64,000 nt of DNA from Escherichia coli O157:H7 (GTDB lineage: Bacteria; Pseudomonadota; Gammaproteobacteria; Enterobacterales; Enterobacteriaceae): assembly GCF_013167455.1 (NCBI RefSeq), contig NZ_CP038328.1; one strand, given 5' to 3'. Of the stretch, positions 14,560 through 26,945 are shown piece after piece. The notes below the pieces were generated by a model, which saw only the letters and a program-made list of their open reading frames with translations, was not told the origin of the DNA and made no database searches. The position numbers and the translations under genes were made by a program. The stretch's first letter is position 1, and each line of letters starts with the position of its first letter.

Positions 14560-14672
14560 CACAGTGCATTTCTTCTCTGTTCATTGAAGGGTCCTCTGTG
14601 CAATGCAGACGACATAAGCGTGCAATAATAACACCAGTCCCGATTAAGTGGTCAACATTTCCAGTACCTTAC

Positions 14673-17333
14673 TCATGATTCCTCGCGTTGGGCAAGATTT
14701 AGCGTAAGCCCAACGATCCCCTCTTCGAGCTGGATATCAACGTTAAACCCGAGCTTGCGGGCCAGCGCCACCATGCCACGATTGTTTGGCATCGTAATAC
14801 CATTCAGACGTTGTAGTCCGTGATCTCGCGTATAGGTAATCAACTTTTCCATTAAGCGTCGACCCAAGCCTAACCCTTTGAGATCCGAGCGAACCAGCAC
14901 GGCAAATTCGGCATCGATGTTATCAGGGTCGGAGATCGCACGCGTGACGCCGAGGATCTCTTCCGTTTGATCAATTCGTCGTACCGCTACAAACGCCATT
15001 TCCCGATCGTAGTCGATCTGCGTCATGTTGGCTAAATCTTCATGGGTAAATTCGTTGATCTCGCTAAAGTAGCGGTAATAAAGATCTTCTTTGGTGACCC
15101 GCGAAATGAATTGCTGAAGTTGTGGCTCATCTTCTGGCAAAATCGGGCGGAACAAGCAGCGTTCACCGTTTTTCAATTCTACCCATTCTTCCAGCTGATG
15201 CGGATAAGGGCGCACTGCCAGCCGACTCTCGTTATCGCCTTCAAACGGCGCGATATCCAGAGTGACATCCAGCGCGGTAAATTCACTGCCAGAAGCCAGC
15301 AAAGGATGAATATCCAGACGCTGAATTTCCGGGCAATCGACAATCAAGTTGGAAACCTGCACCAGAAGCTGGCTCAAGCCTGCAACATCCAATGGGCGTA
15401 GCGCACTGCGCGCACGAATCTTTTTACTTTTGATCCCCTGAATAACCAGATAGCGGGCCAGGTTCATATTCAGCGGCGGCAGTGCGACGACGGCTTGATC
15501 TTCAGGACGCCACTCCACACCGCCTTCACCCAGCATGATCAACGGCCCAAAAACCGGATCGTGCTCAACCACAACCCGCAACTCCTGAGCGCCAGCACGG
15601 TTAGCCATACTTTGCACCAACAGGCCGTGGACCCGCGCCTGCGGCCAGGTCATTTTTACGCGATCGAAAATAGCGTTTGCCGCTTGCTGGACTTCATTGG
15701 CTGTACGCAGGTACAGCATGACGCCCTGAACTTCCGATTTATGTGGAATATCCGGCGAACGCAATTTCAGCGCCACCGGATAACCAATCTGTTCGGCAAT
15801 ATGCACCGCTTCGGTGCTATCGCTGGCAATCCAGGTAGGGAGCGTGTTCATCCCATACGATTGCAGGATGGGCTGAACTTCATGGGTATCGAGCGACGTA
15901 GCCCCTTCGGCAATCGCCTGTTGCAACAGAAGATGCGCTTTTGCGGTATTGGAAGTCAGATTGCTGGGCAACGCCGGCGTTTCGCGTAGTTGCTTCTGAT
16001 TACGCCGGTACTCCACCATATGCATAAAAGCAGTGATGGTTCCTTCCGGGGTACGGTAGGTCGGCAGCCCGGCTTCGCTGAATAAACGTCGTGCCTCTTG
16101 CGAGGAGTGCTCGCCGCACCAGTTCGTCAGCAGAGAAACATACTTGCTGCGGGGATGATGCTTTACCGCTTCAATTAATACTTGCGCGATTTCTGTTGCG
16201 GGAGCAGCGGCGCTGGGCGAATGAATAACCATCAGCGCATCAAAATCCTGGCTGTGGAGCAGAATGTCCAGCGTTTTGACATAATGCTCGCTGCTGGCGT
16301 CATCGCGCAGATCGAGCGGGTTAGAGATTGCCACATGTCCTGGCAGTGCATCGCGCAGTTTCTGGCAGGTTTCTTCGCTTAGCGTTGCCAGCTTGCCATT
16401 GCGTGACCATAAGGCATCCAGCGCCAGCGCGGCAGGCGCAGCACCGTTGCTGATAATCATCAACCGGTCGCCACGCAGCGGGCGCATATGGCTGAGGGTT
16501 TCCACCGCCGAAAACAGCTCGTGGGTATCCTGCACCCGCAACAAACCGGCACGCTGAATCGCCGCATCCCACGCCGGATCCATTCCTGCCGTCGTGTTGA
16601 GCAGTCGCTGTGCTGCCGGGCTACGTCCGCTTTTAATCACCAGAATCGGTTTATTACGCGAGGCACTACGGGCCGCCGAAACAAAGCGTCGCGCGTCGCT
16701 TAACTGTTCGAGATAGAGCAGGATGGCGCTGGTTTTACTGTCGCGTGCCAGATAGTCAAGCAATTCATCAACGTCGATATCTAGGCTGTCGCCGAGCGCA
16801 ATAAAGTAGGAAAAGCCCATCTCACGCTGTTGCGCCCAGTCGAGGATGGTGTTGGAGACGGCAGCCGACTGTGAAATAAACGCCAGCTTGCCGCGTTTAA
16901 TCGGCACAGGCGAAAAGCTGGCATTCAGACCTTGCCAGGGAGCCAGTAAACCCAGACTGTTTGGTCCAAGCAGGCGCATGTTATGGCGCAGGGCGCAGGC
17001 GCGGAGATCTTCGTGTTGCGATGCCGGGGCGGAAAGAATAATGCAGGTTTTACAGCCTTTCTCGCCGAGCTCTTCCAGAAGAGCAAGATTACGGCTGGCA
17101 TTGGTACATAAAACCGCAAGGTCGGGTGTAAAGGGCAAGCTGGCAATATCCGGCCAGGCCAACACACCCAACACCGCTTTCCAGGCTGGCGTCACCGGGA
17201 GTACCGGTCCGTTAAAGCCTCCCGCCAGCAGGTTACGCATCATCAGGTAACCTGCGCGATTGGGTTTCATCGACGCGCCAATTACCGCTATCGATTTTGG
17301 TCGCAGTAGTGCTTCCAGTCCTCGCTGACTCAT
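14673..17333 (-). CDS. patZ: Protein lysine acetyltransferase PatZ/Pka (YfiQ): acyl-CoA synthetase-like (NDP-forming) domain plus C-terminal GNAT
   Basis: 886 aa with an N-terminal CoA-binding/ATP-grasp region and a C-terminal GNAT motif (KGLGLGRRLMEKL). Length and sequence match remembered YfiQ. Confidence 0.94.
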   Translation of the reverse strand: MSQRGLEALLRPKSIAVIGASMKPNRAGYLMMRNLLAGGFNGPVLPVTPAWKAVLGVLAWPDIASLPFTPDLAVLCTNASRNLALLEELGEKGCKTCIILSAPASQHEDLRACALRHNMRLLGPNSLGLLAPWQGLNASFSPVPIKRGKLAFISQSAAVSNTILDWAQQREMGFSYFIALGDSLDIDVDELLDYLARDSKTSAILLYLEQLSDARRFVSAARSASRNKPILVIKSGRSPAAQRLLNTTAGMDPAWDAAIQRAGLLRVQDTHELFSAVETLSHMRPLRGDRLMIISNGAAPAALALDALWSRNGKLATLSEETCQKLRDALPGHVAISNPLDLRDDASSEHYVKTLDILLHSQDFDALMVIHSPSAAAPATEIAQVLIEAVKHHPRSKYVSLLTNWCGEHSSQEARRLFSEAGLPTYRTPEGTITAFMHMVEYRRNQKQLRETPALPSNLTSNTAKAHLLLQQAIAEGATSLDTHEVQPILQSYGMNTLPTWIASDSTEAVHIAEQIGYPVALKLRSPDIPHKSEVQGVMLYLRTANEVQQAANAIFDRVKMTWPQARVHGLLVQSMANRAGAQELRVVVEHDPVFGPLIMLGEGGVEWRPEDQAVVALPPLNMNLARYLVIQGIKSKKIRARSALRPLDVAGLSQLLVQVSNLIVDCPEIQRLDIHPLLASGSEFTALDVTLDIAPFEGDNESRLAVRPYPHQLEEWVELKNGERCLFRPILPEDEPQLQQFISRVTKEDLYYRYFSEINEFTHEDLANMTQIDYDREMAFVAVRRIDQTEEILGVTRAISDPDNIDAEFAVLVRSDLKGLGLGRRLMEKLITYTRDHGLQRLNGITMPNNRGMVALARKLGFNVDIQLEEGIVGLTLNLAQREES

Positions 17334-17364
17334 ACCGGTCTCCCGCAGAAGTGACCGAATGATT

Positions 17365-18063
17365 TTAAACGCTTTCTAACTGTTCTGCTGTGATGCTACC
17401 CAGATGTTGCGTTTTTCCTGCCAGATAGCGCGTTTTAAAGCGGGTGAAGTGCTCGCCTAACCCTGCTGCCGCCCCGGTATCGCCGGCCATATCTAACAGT
17501 GCGATGGCTACCTCGGCAGTACAATATTGGCCTTCAGCCTGGGCTTCACGCAGGCGATAGGCAGAAAGCCGGGAAAGATCGACGGAAATGACGGGAAGAT
17601 TATCCAGATACGGACTTTTACGAAACATCTTGCGAGCTTCCGGCCAGGTACCATCGAGCATGATAAACAGCGGTGGCTTACCGGCAGGTGGTGTGAAGAT
17701 CACTTCCCGTTGCTCATCAGCATACGAGGCGGGAAAGACCACCATTGGCTGATAATCCGGGTTTTGTACCAGATCCAGCAAATCCTGCGAGGGTTCGGTA
17801 CGCGACCATTGAAACGCAACGGTATCAGGCAAAATATCAGCAATCAGACGCCCGGTATTACTGGGCTTCATTGGCTCGGTGTCGAACATCAGCAAACAGA
17901 AGCGACTTTTTGCTTGTGCTGGGGTAATTGTCGAACAGAGACATAATTTCTCTGGCAAAAGACAGCGTTGGCAGCGACGAACGCGATTACCGCGGGCAAG
18001 AAAAGGACGTGTTGCGCGCGCAATACGCTCGGCGCGTAACTGGAGAACAGCGTTTTCGGTCAT
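17365..18063 (-). CDS. tapT: tRNA-uridine aminocarboxypropyltransferase TapT (YfiP, DTW domain), 232 aa
   Basis: DTW motif (MLDGTWPEARKM) and an N-terminal Cys cluster CQRCLLPEKLCLC. The start MTENAVLQL at 18063 gives 232 aa. The track ORF is 17 codons longer. Confidence 0.9.
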   Translation of the reverse strand: MTENAVLQLRAERIARATRPFLARGNRVRRCQRCLLPEKLCLCSTITPAQAKSRFCLLMFDTEPMKPSNTGRLIADILPDTVAFQWSRTEPSQDLLDLVQNPDYQPMVVFPASYADEQREVIFTPPAGKPPLFIMLDGTWPEARKMFRKSPYLDNLPVISVDLSRLSAYRLREAQAEGQYCTAEVAIALLDMAGDTGAAAGLGEHFTRFKTRYLAGKTQHLGSITAEQLESV

Positions 18064-18097
18064 AAGAGAGCGTCGAAAAAACGCCATTGTCGCAGAG

Positions 18098-18127
18098 GAG
18101 AAAACGGGGCACAAGATGCGCCCCGGT
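18098..18127 (-). terminator. trxC intrinsic terminator
   Basis: Minus strand reads ccggggc-gcatcttgt-gccccgtttt. The stem is cggggc (18105-18110) / gccccg (18120-18125), a few nt after the trxC stop. Confidence 0.75.
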
Positions 18128-18131
18128 AAGA

Positions 18132-18551
18132 TTAAAGAGATTCGTTCAGCCAGCTATCGAACGGCGCTTTCGGTACTGCGCCATTAAGCATGTCGACAAC
18201 CTGACCGTTTTTGAAAATCATGATCGTCGGTATACTACGAATTCCAAAGCGACTGCTCAATTCACGTTCAGCTTCGGTATTCACTTTCACAAAGCGCACT
18301 TTACCGCTACGCTCTTGCGCGACATCTTCAAAAATTGGTGCGAAATTACGGCAGGGGCCGCACCACGGTGCCCAGAAGTCGATCACCACTGGTAGATCAT
18401 CTTTCAGCAATTTGTCGAGCGTTTCACCGGTCGCATTAATCACCTCTCCGTCAAACAAGTCGTGACCGCAGCGTCCGCATTTTGCCGCATCTTCGATCCG
18501 ATCGTCGGGAATGCGATTGATGGCCTGACAATGGGTACAAACGGTATTCAT
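18132..18551 (-). CDS. trxC: Thioredoxin 2 (zinc-binding), 139 aa
   Basis: WCGPC active site plus an N-terminal pair of CxxC motifs (CTHC...CGRC). Confidence 0.97.
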
Positions 18552-18757
18552 AACTAACCTCGGGATGAGTAAGGAGACTTATCGGCAACAACGCCGGTAT
18601 GTTTCTAATATGTTACATATTATCGGGGACATTGTTCCAGACAACAATCTGTTTTATTCAATAGGTATGATAGTCGCAGGCTTTGGTACGAAATCATGGC
18701 GAACCGCGCGGACTTCGGGTAATCTGCGCGCTTCGCGCAGCGCTGGTGGAGAAAAGC

Positions 18758-19795
18758 ATGAACGATGAAATGAAAGGTAAAAGCGGCAAGGTCAAAGTGA
18801 TGTATGTCCGCAGTGATGATGATTCTGATAAACGTACCCACAACCCGCGTACCGGGAAAGGGGGCGGGCGTCCAGGAAAATCTCGTGCTGACGGTGGCCG
18901 TCGCCCCGCCCGCGATGACAAACAGAGTCAGCCCCGTGACCGCAAGTGGGAAGATTCGCCGTGGCGCACGGTTTCCCGCGCGCCGGGTGATGAGACGCCG
19001 GAAAAGGCCGATCACGGTGGCATCAGTGGTAAAAGTTTTATTGATCCGGAAGTGTTGCGTCGTCAGCGTGCGGAAGAAACCCGCGTCTACGGCGAAAACG
19101 CCTGTCAGGCACTGTTCCAGAGCCGTCCGGAAGCGATTGTTCGCGCCTGGTTTATCCAGAGTGTAACGCCGCGTTTTAAAGAAGCCTTGCGCTGGATGGC
19201 AGCAAACCGCAAAGCGTACCATGTGGTAGATGAAGCGGAATTGACAAAAGCGTCAGGCACGGAACATCACGGTGGCGTTTGCTTCCTGATCAAAAAGCGT
19301 AATGGCACAACCGTGCAGCAGTGGGTAAGCCAGGCAGGCGCGCAGGATTGTGTTCTGGCACTGGAAAACGAATCTAACCCGCATAACCTGGGTGGCATGA
19401 TGCGCAGCTGCGCGCACTTTGGCGTGAAAGGTGTTGTGGTGCAGGATGCGGCACTGCTGGAGTCGGGGGCGGCTATCCGTACCGCAGAAGGCGGCGCAGA
19501 GCACGTTCAGCCGATTACTGGCGACAACATTGTTAACGTGCTGGATGATTTCCGTCAGGCGGGTTACACCGTAGTGACAACTTCCAGCGAGCAGGGTAAA
19601 CCGCTGTTCAAAACCAGTCTGCCAGCGAAAATGGTACTGGTGCTGGGTCAGGAATATGAAGGGTTACCGGATGCCGCACGCGATCCGAACGATCTGCGCG
19701 TGAAGATTGATGGTACTGGCAACGTTGCCGGGCTGAATATCTCTGTCGCAACCGGCGTTCTTCTTGGCGAATGGTGGCGTCAGAATAAAGCCTGA
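18758..19795 (+). CDS. yfiF: SpoU/TrmH-family RNA 2'-O-methyltransferase homologue YfiF (substrate unknown), 345 aa
   Basis: The C-terminal 240 aa is a SpoU MTase fold ([13 protein letters not shown]...[13 protein letters not shown] knot motifs). The N-terminal ~100 aa is Lys/Arg/Asp/Gly-rich. The ATG at 18758 ([11 protein letters not shown]) gives the K-12 length. Confidence 0.9.
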
Positions 19796-19802
19796 TAAAT
19801 CA

Positions 19803-19834
19803 GCCGGGTGGCAACTCTGCCATCCGGCATTTTC
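19803..19834. terminator. Hairpin between convergent yfiF and ung
   Basis: gccgggtggca-actc-tgccatccggc, followed by atttt on the plus strand. Confidence 0.7.
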
Positions 19835-19842
19835 CCGCAAAT

Positions 19843-20532
19843 TTACTCACTCTCTGCCGGTAATACTGGCATCCAGTCAATCGGCGTCTCGCCATGTTGT
19901 TCCAGCCACTGATTTGCCAGCACAAAATGGTTGCAGCCAAAGAATCCACGATGAGCCGAAAGCGGCGACGGATGCGGTGCTTTCAGTACATGATGGCGTT
20001 GCTTATCTATAATCGCCCCTTTCTTTTGCGCATGCGATCCCCACAACAAAAACACCACGCCTTCGCGATGCTGGTTAATCAGGCTGATCACTTTATCGGT
20101 GAAGGTTTCCCAGCCGAGGCTGGCGTGGGAATGCGCCTGACCTGCGCGTACCGTCAACACAGTATTGAGTAGCAGAACGCCCTGACGCGCCCAGCTTTCA
20201 AGATAACCATGATTAGGGCGGGTGAAGCCCGGAATAGTATTTTCCAGCTCTTTATACATATTCAGCAGTGACGGAGGAGTGGCGATTCCGGGGCGAACGG
20301 AAAATGCCAGCCCATGCGCCTGTCCCGGTCCGTGATAAGGATCCTGGCCGAGAATCACCACTTTAACGTCACCCAACTCGGTAAAGCGGAACGCGTTAAA
20401 GACATCTTTTTGTGGTGGATAGATAGTGACGCCGGACTGCCGCTCGCTGGCGACGGTCTGAAGGGTATTAAGAAAATAGGGTTGCTGCTTCTCTTCAGCC
20501 AGCACGTCATGCCAGGTTAATTCGTTAGCCAT
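19843..20532 (-). CDS. ung: Uracil-DNA glycosylase, 229 aa
   Basis: Catalytic water-activating loop [13 protein letters not shown] and the C-terminal HPSPLS leucine-intercalation loop. Confidence 0.98.
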   Translation of the reverse strand: MANELTWHDVLAEEKQQPYFLNTLQTVASERQSGVTIYPPQKDVFNAFRFTELGDVKVVILGQDPYHGPGQAHGLAFSVRPGIATPPSLLNMYKELENTIPGFTRPNHGYLESWARQGVLLLNTVLTVRAGQAHSHASLGWETFTDKVISLINQHREGVVFLLWGSHAQKKGAIIDKQRHHVLKAPHPSPLSAHRGFFGCNHFVLANQWLEQHGETPIDWMPVLPAESE

Positions 20533-20662
20533 CTCGCTCTCCTGCGAATCTTCAATCCGCCTAGCTTAACTGCTTCTTTCTACAGAACAAAATCATGCTC
20601 ATTTTTTAGACTTAAACGAGTGCAAAAAAATGTAAATTGGTAAAATTTCACACCCGCATAAG

Positions 20663-20676
20663 TTGATGTAAAACAA
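20663..20676. promoter_or_regulatory. Upstream FNR site (FNR II) of the grcA promoter
   Basis: TTGATgtaaAACAA compared with the consensus TTGAT-N4-ATCAA. Its centre is 53 bp upstream of the proximal site, consistent with the published -93.5/-40.5 yfiD architecture. Confidence 0.75.
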
Positions 20677-20715
20677 TAAAATCTATTTGCGACCACACTT
20701 GATGTGTGGTTTTTA

Positions 20716-20729
20716 TTGATTTAAATCAA
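20716..20729. promoter_or_regulatory. Proximal FNR site (FNR I) of the grcA promoter
   Basis: TTGATttaaATCAA is a perfect FNR consensus palindrome. Confidence 0.88.
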
Positions 20730-20836
20730 AGATTCAAGGGTGTTTGAGGAGTATATATACACTCAAGCAACAATGGTTTTACCAATTGGCCGCGACAGGC
20801 TGAACAAATCAAATAATTTTGCCGGGGAGGCATCAC

Positions 20837-21220
20837 ATGATTACAGGTATCCAGATTACTAAAGCCGCTAACGACGATCTGCTGAACTCTTTCTGGCTGC
20901 TGGACAGCGAAAAAGGCGAAGCGCGTTGCATCGTTGCGAAAGCAGGTTATGCAGAAGACGAAGTGGTTGCAGTAAGCAAACTGGGTGACATTGAGTACCG
21001 TGAAGTTCCAGTAGAAGTGAAACCAGAAGTTCGCGTTGAAGGTGGTCAGCACCTGAACGTTAACGTTCTGCGTCGTGAAACTCTGGAAGATGCAGTTAAG
21101 CATCCGGAAAAATATCCGCAGCTGACCATCCGTGTATCCGGTTATGCAGTTCGCTTTAACTCTCTGACTCCGGAACAGCAGCGCGACGTTATCGCTCGTA
21201 CCTTTACTGAAAGCCTGTAA
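20837..21220 (+). CDS. grcA: Autonomous glycyl-radical cofactor GrcA (YfiD), 127 aa
   Basis: Glycyl-radical signature RVSGYAV near the C-terminus. GGGGAGG SD 6 nt upstream of the ATG at 20837. Confidence 0.97.
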
Positions 21221-21240
21221 GGCTTAAGTAGCATGTTACT

Positions 21241-21274
21241 AAGCGGAAGAGGGCGACCTCTTCCGCTTTTTTTC
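21241..21274. terminator. Bidirectional terminator between grcA and eamB
   Basis: aagcggaagagg-gcga-cctcttccgctt: a 12-bp stem with ttttttt downstream. Confidence 0.9.
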
Positions 21275-21275
21275 A

Positions 21276-21863
21276 TTAATAGAAAATGCGTACCGCGCAA
21301 TAGATCAGCAGCAGCGCCAGCACGATATTTAACTGGCGACCATACTGGCGAAACAATCGCTGAAACAGATGCCCCGCCAGCGCCCAGCACACATTACCAA
21401 ACGTCCCAATCATTGCCAGCAAAACGCTGACGCCAACTATCCAGCTTAACGCCTGTGTTTGCGGCAGAACAAATGTCGACAGTGCCGTAACACCGTACAA
21501 AATGATTTTGACGTTCACAAACTGCAAAGCAAAGCTGGCCCAAAAACTGATTGGTTTTGTCTGAAGCCCGTCTTCCTTTGTTGGACTGGTAGCGATTTTC
21601 CACGCCAGCCAGACAATATATGCCGCCCCCGCCCAACTCAACAGATGCACAGCTGCCGGGTCGATAACAGCCAGTGAAAACGAAATGCCCGCACACAGCA
21701 ACATGACGATTAAAAATCCCAGACTCATCCCTGCCAGCACGCGGGTACTCTGATGAAATCCGTGCGTTGTGGCTGAGCTAAGGGCGAGAATATTGTTCGG
21801 TCCTGGCGTCATGGCGGTAATCAGGGTGTAAGTCCAAAAAGCACTTAAAAGGGTCGGTGTCAC
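21276..21863 (-). CDS. eamB: Cysteine/O-acetylserine exporter EamB (LysE/RhtB family), 195 aa
   Basis: Six-TM LysE-family profile. Matches remembered YfiK. Confidence 0.93.
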   Translation of the reverse strand: MTPTLLSAFWTYTLITAMTPGPNNILALSSATTHGFHQSTRVLAGMSLGFLIVMLLCAGISFSLAVIDPAAVHLLSWAGAAYIVWLAWKIATSPTKEDGLQTKPISFWASFALQFVNVKIILYGVTALSTFVLPQTQALSWIVGVSVLLAMIGTFGNVCWALAGHLFQRLFRQYGRQLNIVLALLLIYCAVRIFY

Positions 21864-21965
21864 TTGTTATCTCCTCTGTTTTGGTAGACAGTACCCGACA
21901 CAGAATATTTAAAAAAATGAATGTTTTTACATTCTAAATTCGATATTTTCGATAGGTTTGGGGTT

Positions 21966-22847
21966 ATGGATCTGCGCCGTTTTATTACGCTTAAAACCGT
22001 GGTGGAAGAGGGTTCCTTTTTGCGAGCTTCGCAAAAATTGTGCTGTACACAATCGACGGTGACTTTTCATATTCAGCAGCTTGAGCAGGAGTTCTCGGTA
22101 CAGTTATTTGAGAAAATTGGCCGACGGATGTGCCTCACTCGCGAAGGTAAAAAGCTGCTGCCGCACATTTATGAACTCACCAGAGTGATGGATACCCTTC
22201 GTGAGGCTGCCAAAAAGGAGTCGGATCCGGACGGGGAACTACGCGTTGTTTCGGGCGAAACGTTGCTCTCTTACCGAATGCCGCAGGTGTTGCAGCGTTT
22301 TCGGCAACGCGCCCCAAAAGTGCGTTTATCGTTGCAGTCTCTGAACTGTTACGTGATCCGTGATGCGCTATTGAATGATGAGGCCGATGTCGGGGTTTTT
22401 TATCGCGTAGGGAATGATGATGCCCTGAACCGACGAGAATTGGGTGAGCAATCGCTGGTGCTGGTAGCTTCACCGCAAATTGCAGATGTCGATTTTACTG
22501 AGCCGGGAAGACATAACGCCTGTAGCTTTATTATCAACGAACCGCAATGTGTATTCCGGCAGATATTTGAGAGCACGCTGCGCCAGCGGCGGATCACGGT
22601 GGAAAACACCATTGAGCTGTTAAGCATTGAAAGTATCAAACGTTGTGTCGCGGCGAATATCGGTGTCAGTTACTTGCCCCGCTTTGCGGTGGAAAAAGAG
22701 CTTGAGAGCGGAGAATTAATTGAATTGCCTTTTGGCGAACACTCGCAGACCATTACGGCAATGTGCGCTCACCATGCCGGAAAAGCGGTTAGCCCGGCGA
22801 TGCACACTTTTATTCAGTGTGTTGAAGATTGTTTTTTGCCGGGATAA
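21966..22847 (+). CDS. yfiE: LysR-family transcriptional regulator YfiE, 293 aa
   Basis: N-terminal wHTH (SFLRASQKLCCTQSTVTFHIQQLE). Divergent from eamB, the classic LysR arrangement. The start MDLRRFITLK gives the K-12 length. Confidence 0.92.
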   Translation: MDLRRFITLKTVVEEGSFLRASQKLCCTQSTVTFHIQQLEQEFSVQLFEKIGRRMCLTREGKKLLPHIYELTRVMDTLREAAKKESDPDGELRVVSGETLLSYRMPQVLQRFRQRAPKVRLSLQSLNCYVIRDALLNDEADVGVFYRVGNDDALNRRELGEQSLVLVASPQIADVDFTEPGRHNACSFIINEPQCVFRQIFESTLRQRRITVENTIELLSIESIKRCVAANIGVSYLPRFAVEKELESGELIELPFGEHSQTITAMCAHHAGKAVSPAMHTFIQCVEDCFLPG

Positions 22848-22851
22848 AAAT

Positions 22852-22875
22852 AATGCCGGGCTTAAACCCGGCATT
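22852..22875. terminator. Hairpin between convergent yfiE and srmB
   Basis: aatgccggg-cttaaa-cccggcatt: a 9-bp stem flanked by aaaaataa upstream. Confidence 0.7.
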
Positions 22876-22879
22876 GAGA

Positions 22880-24214
22880 TTACTCTTCTGTCGTTTGCGG
22901 TGGCACGCCCGTTCCGCTTGGTTTACGGCGCTTACCAATATTTTTGGTATCGCGATGGCGTTTTTTCACCCGCGGCTTCTCTTTCTCTTTTGCTTTTTTC
23001 TTCTCGGCGCGTTTTGCCAGTACTTTCTTCGATGGCTTGCCGGTCTGCTTCTCGCTTGGTGCACGCGTTTTCGGGCGTAACTCATCAATTACGCGAGCTT
23101 TAATTGGCTCTTCAATATAGCGACCAACTTTGCCCAGCAGCAGATGGTCATGGGCTTCTACCAGCGAAATTGCGGTGCCTTTACGACCGGCGCGCGCGGT
23201 ACGTCCGATACGGTGCAAATAAGTATCGCCACTGCGCGGCATATCGAAGTTAAAGACGTGGCTGACGTCAGGAATGTCGATACCGCGCGCGGCAACATCG
23301 GTTGCAACCAGTACGTTTACGCGACCTTCGGTCAAACGTTTGATCGCTTCGTTACGCTTGCCCTGTACCATCTCACCTTCGAGATAGCAGTTGTTGATGC
23401 CCGCTTCGCGCAGCCAGTTTGCCAGCTCATGCACACGCTCACGCTTACGCACAAACACAATTGAGCGGGTCGCTTCCGGCTGTTTTAACAGATGCACCAG
23501 CAATGCGGTTTTATGTTCCAGGTCATCGGCGCGGTAATACCACTGATGAATTTTTTTGCGCTCACGGGTGGACGGATTGGCAGAAACCTCCACCGGATCT
23601 TCCAGCAGACGCTCGGCAAAGTCCTGAATCGCATCGCCTTCCAGCGTTGCCGAAAAGAGCAGGGTCTGTTTACGCCAGCGCGTTTCGCCAGCAATATGTT
23701 CGATATCCTGAGCGAAGCCCATATCCAGCATACGGTCTGCTTCGTCGAGGATCAGCGTTTCAACCGCGCGGCAATCGAAGTTCTCTTCTTTTATGTATTG
23801 CAGCAGACGTCCGGTCGTGGCGACCACGATGTCCTGATTTTCGCTGAACACTTCCGCGTGGTTCATATAGGCTACGCCGCCGGTGATGGTGGCGATATCC
23901 AGATGCGTATGTTTCGCCAGTTCGCGGGCATGATCGGCCACCTGCATCGCCAGCTCGCGAGTTGGGGTGAGGATCAAAATACGCGGCGGACCGGATTTCT
24001 TACGCGGGAAATCGAGCAGGTGCTGCAACGCTGGCAGCAGATACGCCGCCGTTTTACCGGTGCCTGTCGGCGCAGAACCGAGTACATCACGGCCATCGAG
24101 CGCAGGCGGAATGGCGGCAGCCTGAATGGCGGTCGGGCGAGTGAAACCTTTATCCTGGAGGGCTTCCAGCAGGCTTTCGTCGAGTTCAAGTTCGGAAAAA
24201 GTCGTTACAGTCAT
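22880..24214 (-). CDS. srmB: DEAD-box RNA helicase SrmB (50S assembly), 444 aa
   Basis: Walker [13 protein letters not shown] box ([10 protein letters not shown]), SAT, and a basic Lys/Arg-rich C-terminal tail. Confidence 0.97.
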   Translation of the reverse strand: MTVTTFSELELDESLLEALQDKGFTRPTAIQAAAIPPALDGRDVLGSAPTGTGKTAAYLLPALQHLLDFPRKKSGPPRILILTPTRELAMQVADHARELAKHTHLDIATITGGVAYMNHAEVFSENQDIVVATTGRLLQYIKEENFDCRAVETLILDEADRMLDMGFAQDIEHIAGETRWRKQTLLFSATLEGDAIQDFAERLLEDPVEVSANPSTRERKKIHQWYYRADDLEHKTALLVHLLKQPEATRSIVFVRKRERVHELANWLREAGINNCYLEGEMVQGKRNEAIKRLTEGRVNVLVATDVAARGIDIPDVSHVFNFDMPRSGDTYLHRIGRTARAGRKGTAISLVEAHDHLLLGKVGRYIEEPIKARVIDELRPKTRAPSEKQTGKPSKKVLAKRAEKKKAKEKEKPRVKKRHRDTKNIGKRRKPSGTGVPPQTTEE

Positions 24215-24345
24215 GTTCTACCTCTGTGTGGGGCGCTGATTATAGACGTTACGGCTGCAATCTTCATCTGTTTGTATGGATATCGCTTCTCGGGTATTGT
24301 TCTCACCCGGTGCTATCGCCGTTTTTCCTGCAAGGTTTTATTTTC

Positions 24346-26714
<2,369 letters not shown>

Positions 26715-26770
26715 CGGTTTGGTCAGCATAGCATCATGTTGTGCGAATAAACACCTGCTATTTTAATATT

Positions 26771-26788
26771 TGTTACAGTGACTAAACA
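26771..26788. promoter_or_regulatory. NadR operator 2 (imperfect)
   Basis: TGTTAC-agtgac-TAAACA: one mismatched half-site, 74 bp from operator 1. Confidence 0.6.
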
Positions 26789-26945
26789 CGCTGACGCAGG
26801 GCGGCGAGAAAAAGAGAAGTTACTGGCTGGTGGAGGATTAGGTGGTGAAATAAAAAGGCCGTTGGGTTACTCTTCAGGCAGTTAAATGGGCATTTCTACA
26901 CAGATAATGCGATGTTCAGATTCTGTAGACTTATAATGATAGATA

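Noticed and set aside
18552-18757. Expected OxyR operator in the trxC-yfiF divergent region.
   Set aside because: trxC is OxyR-regulated, but I could not align a convincing ATAG-N7-CTAT-type tetrad motif. Partial dyads only (atcggcaacaacgccggtat...attatcgg).
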